Assembly: GCA_002633005.1 (NCBI GenBank)
Contig: NMRA01000398.1
Location: forward strand, 186,607 to 250,606
Origin: Phoronis australis
Lineage: Eukaryota > Animalia > Phoronida
Length of the DNA stretch: 64,000 bases
Direction of reading: 5' to 3'
The notes under the pieces are model-generated. The model did no database searches. It had not been told where the DNA came from and saw only the letters and a program-made list of their open reading frames with translations. Of the stretch, positions 60,601 to 64,000 are shown one piece after another. The first letter of the stretch is position 1. The number at the start of each line of letters is the position of its first letter. The translations under genes were made by a program, and so were the position numbers.

Positions 60601-63004
60601 GTATTTTGGTCCGTTTCGAACTGACTATGTCGAAGCCATAAGATTTCCTCGAAACGTTCCTCATTCAAAATACACGATTGTCGCAAATGACTAAGTCAAA
60701 GCACCTAAAGATACACTTACGTTCACCTTAGCGTAATCGTTACGTTAAAGAACAGTCATTTATTCATTTTTTTACGATTTCAGCGTGAGAAATCCCCACT
60801 GGTGTAACAAAATTGCTCCCGAATTTCCAAAAACATTGAAAAAGGACTTTTATTTTTAAAAATGTAATATTACTGAACCAAACATATTTACGGACGCCTT
60901 TTCTGTGTGGTATCGCAGCTAGTTCGTCTGTACATAACGTACACGATATTGTACGTAATTTGTTTGACTATCGAACTCACCAGTGCCCTTCTTTCTACAC
61001 AAAATACGTAATACATTTAATACCAATAACTTTTAGAGATTAATTATTACTAAGTATTTTCCTATTAGATGTGAACAGAAGTCAAATTTGTATAAAGATA
61101 TCGGTATTATGTGATTTTGAACAACATCAGCAGAAAACTTAATTACTTGAAAATTATCTTATAATGATAACGAACTTGTGTGTGTTGTAAACGAGACACT
61201 AACTCAAGGTGACAATAGAATGAGGTGGCTTTGATTTTGTCAACCCAGTTAGTCTCGGTGGTTCATGGACATTTCACTGAGCTTGATTACTCCCCTCATA
61301 TGCGAGTAAACTGATTTTTTCAACTAGCGGTAATTCAAAACAAATTCACTACATTTGAGGAACTGTACACAATTTTCTACCTGTTCATGAGACTACACTG
61401 GATTTTGTTCATCTGAATCCTTCGAAGATAATGTAGATATATTACTCCTTCACAACGTTTTCAACATGGCATTTACAGTAAGGGATCGTTTTCAACAATC
61501 TACACGCATCGAGACTACTCTGAGACAATAATTATCCATTTCAATTTAGGTATTTTATATTGTGACCTTTATTTCATTTACGGAATTGATCTCGTTCACT
61601 GATTCAATCCCAAAGCCAATTAATCACAATAATTTGCGTTTAAACCATGAAGCTATCCTTGCCGTGCCAAGCTAGTTCGACCTGCAAAGTTTAAATATGT
61701 ATCGACGTACCCAGTCTGTGCCTTCATGTACTTTACAATACTTAATCACAGTTTTTAATCTGAGTAATTAAGTTTATTCGAAATAGTCTATTAACTCGCA
61801 TTGTCAATCTTCCCAACTCCCCAGAGCGGTCATATGTCGGAACACCAATTAGAATGTGTGAACGTTTCCTTGCTTCAGCTTTTATCCTCCTCTGTACGAA
61901 AACCAAAGTCTCACAAGTGTATTATGAGTACAGTTTCAAACTGGCACAACAGCAAAGGTCCTCATTCTTGTCAAGATTTTTGGGACAGGTTGTTTTGATC
62001 AGTTGTCCAGATACACTGAACTGTTAATTGTATACATTAGCTATAGCTTAGAGTTAACTCCACTTTCTTGAAATTTAATTTTTTGCGTGATGCCACAAGT
62101 AATCACCCTTTCAAGATGATATTATTTTCGTTTTATTCACAATTAATTTCAATTTTCATTTTGACAGCACTGTGGCCAACTAATCACTGCATTGAGTTTA
62201 AGGAGTTAACAAACATCACTAGGTCTTAGGCGAACAATAATGTGTATGTATTCAAAGCAACGATTATGGGTACTATTGTGGCAATTACATACCTAAATGT
62301 ACTATTGGTTAGGTAGTTTTAGTAAAAAAATCGTCAAAGTCAGTAAGGACTAAGTGTTTACATTATCATTAAGTCATCAAAATCGAATACCCAAGTTGAA
62401 GCCGCTGCTTTTTATGTTTAAACAACGGTAGCAATTACAAAAACACTTTCTGTTCAGTATGAATTCAGAACTTTGCCAAACAGAGCATATTGATTAACTA
62501 CAGATCATAGACAACGTTTCATACTCAAGAACGGACAGAATTCAGTCACGCAAATATCGAAAATGTTATCAACTGGAGATACGTATTTCTTGAATTACGA
62601 AAAGAAAATGAAAAACAAGGAGGCGCGTTTGTCAGAATTCTGCGACACAACTTCCTGCCATGGGGCGTCCCAGATTTTCAACGAGAAGTATGGCAAAGTA
62701 CTACGCTTTGGAATGGTATGTTAACTAATTCTTTTAAAACTTCTACATTTAAACTTCAACAAAAGTGACCCATGCACTCATTTATCATTAGATGAAAGAA
62801 ATTATTGTTTAATAGCGATGTACCAAATGCCAAAAATGATGTCAAACATTCTAAAGCTCACTACATGGGAACATCCGGCCTAAAAATGGGAGGATTGTTA
62901 ACCAAGATTTAGGGGTTACGTTCAGAGCTATGAACTATGAATTGGCCGAATTTTGTTAGCTCCTGCAATTTTAATGGTATTTTGTCTCGTTGTATATTTT
63001 TAAA

Positions 63005-64000
63005 GTGATATATATTTATTGAAGAATACACAGAAAATACAAAGAAATAATAACAAACACAGAAACTGCGAAGCATTATATCTGGGTTGTAAACAATTCA
63101 TAAATGAAACTACTATACATAGAGCTATATAGAATTAATTAGTATCTAATATAAGTATTCCAATACTTAGGTATGCTATTACAAATACATAAAAACAAAA
63201 ATATGTACAGGTTCATGTATGGAAATCAGATGCAACAATATTGATAAACGGTACATAAAAATTTACTAACGTTGCTTAGGAGGAATTCGTTTAGAACGAG
63301 GTCAAGTTTAGGAATACCATTCAATAATAATGTAATTCTAGTAGGGGTATTATTACAAGAATTGAGAGCGTTAACAATTGATTGGTTTTCATTGAGTGCA
63401 CGAAAGAGTGAGTCTCACAGGTATTCGATGAGGGAACATTTGAAGAAAATACGAGGATAAGATTGATGGTCACCACACTCTTTAGAGTTGAGGAAAAGGC
63501 CACATCTTGATCTGTACAAGGCTATTTCGTTATCGCGGGGAAGGGAGAATTGAGTCAAGGGTGTTGAGTTATCAAAATTATGAAAAACAGTTCTAAAATT
63601 ATTTTTTATACTCATAAAAGTGTTGCTTTCCTTAACAGAGACTGGAAGAGAATTCCAGTTGTTGATGCACATCATGACTGTAGACCTTCTGAATGCCTGA
63701 CTGAACGACGGAGGAATTGCATATGGGGTGGAGGATCTCAAATCACAACGATGGCCTTGTCTAGTGTATAGATCAATTATTTTTTGACAGAAACGTTGTT
63801 GACATTGTTTATTACCTTGAAAGTAAATGTTGTCATGTGAAGATTGCGTCGAGTAGACAGTTTGGGCCACTTGAGACTATTCAAAACCTTAACACTATTG
63901 GATCCCCTGTAAGCTCCGGTTATGAGTAAGGCGGCTTGATATTGTAACTTCTCCAAATGTTGGAGTGCACCCGTATTGGCAGACTGATATATAATATCAC
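63005..64000 (-). mobile_element. 3' end of a CR1-like LINE (continues beyond the window)
   Basis: Minus strand LEKLQYQAALLITGAYRGSNS.KVLNSLKWPKLSTRR, WNSLP, YRSRCG..LN, IFFKC, LLLNG; AATAAA near 63016-63021; frameshifted. Confidence 0.85.

Overview
Eukaryotic, AT-rich, repeat-laden genomic DNA, most likely from a marine invertebrate (inferred from gene family, TE types and intron structure). The window is dominated by one + strand spliced gene that I reconstructed by hand from GT..AG boundaries with consistent intron phases. It has 24 exons (12254-54365, exon 1 tentative) and about 9,880 coding nt once two gap-flanking duplications are removed, giving about 3,290 aa. Architecture: signal peptide, EMI domain with CCxGY, NIM/EGF-like, Cys-rich and EGF-like modules, then a long chain of FN3/Ig-like beta-sandwich repeats (DxTPP...WxGFxDxESGIxxY...YYVTVxAxN), with no transmembrane segment. 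It looks like a giant secreted protein with a Draper/Nimrod-like head; I cannot assign a gene name. Two single-N gaps are flanked by duplicated sequence. In exon 23 the two copies switch abruptly from about 1.5% to about 27% divergence, which suggests mosaic alleles or paralogues. The rest is decayed LINEs (L1/Tx1-, RTE-, RTEX- and CR1-like), MITEs (one nested with an intact TSD), Penelope-type hammerhead motifs, tRNA-derived SINE heads, an array of CTCF-like motifs, and a strong excess of TACATGTA, which matches the Tc1/mariner excision footprint. No rRNA, intact tRNA or CRISPR array was seen.
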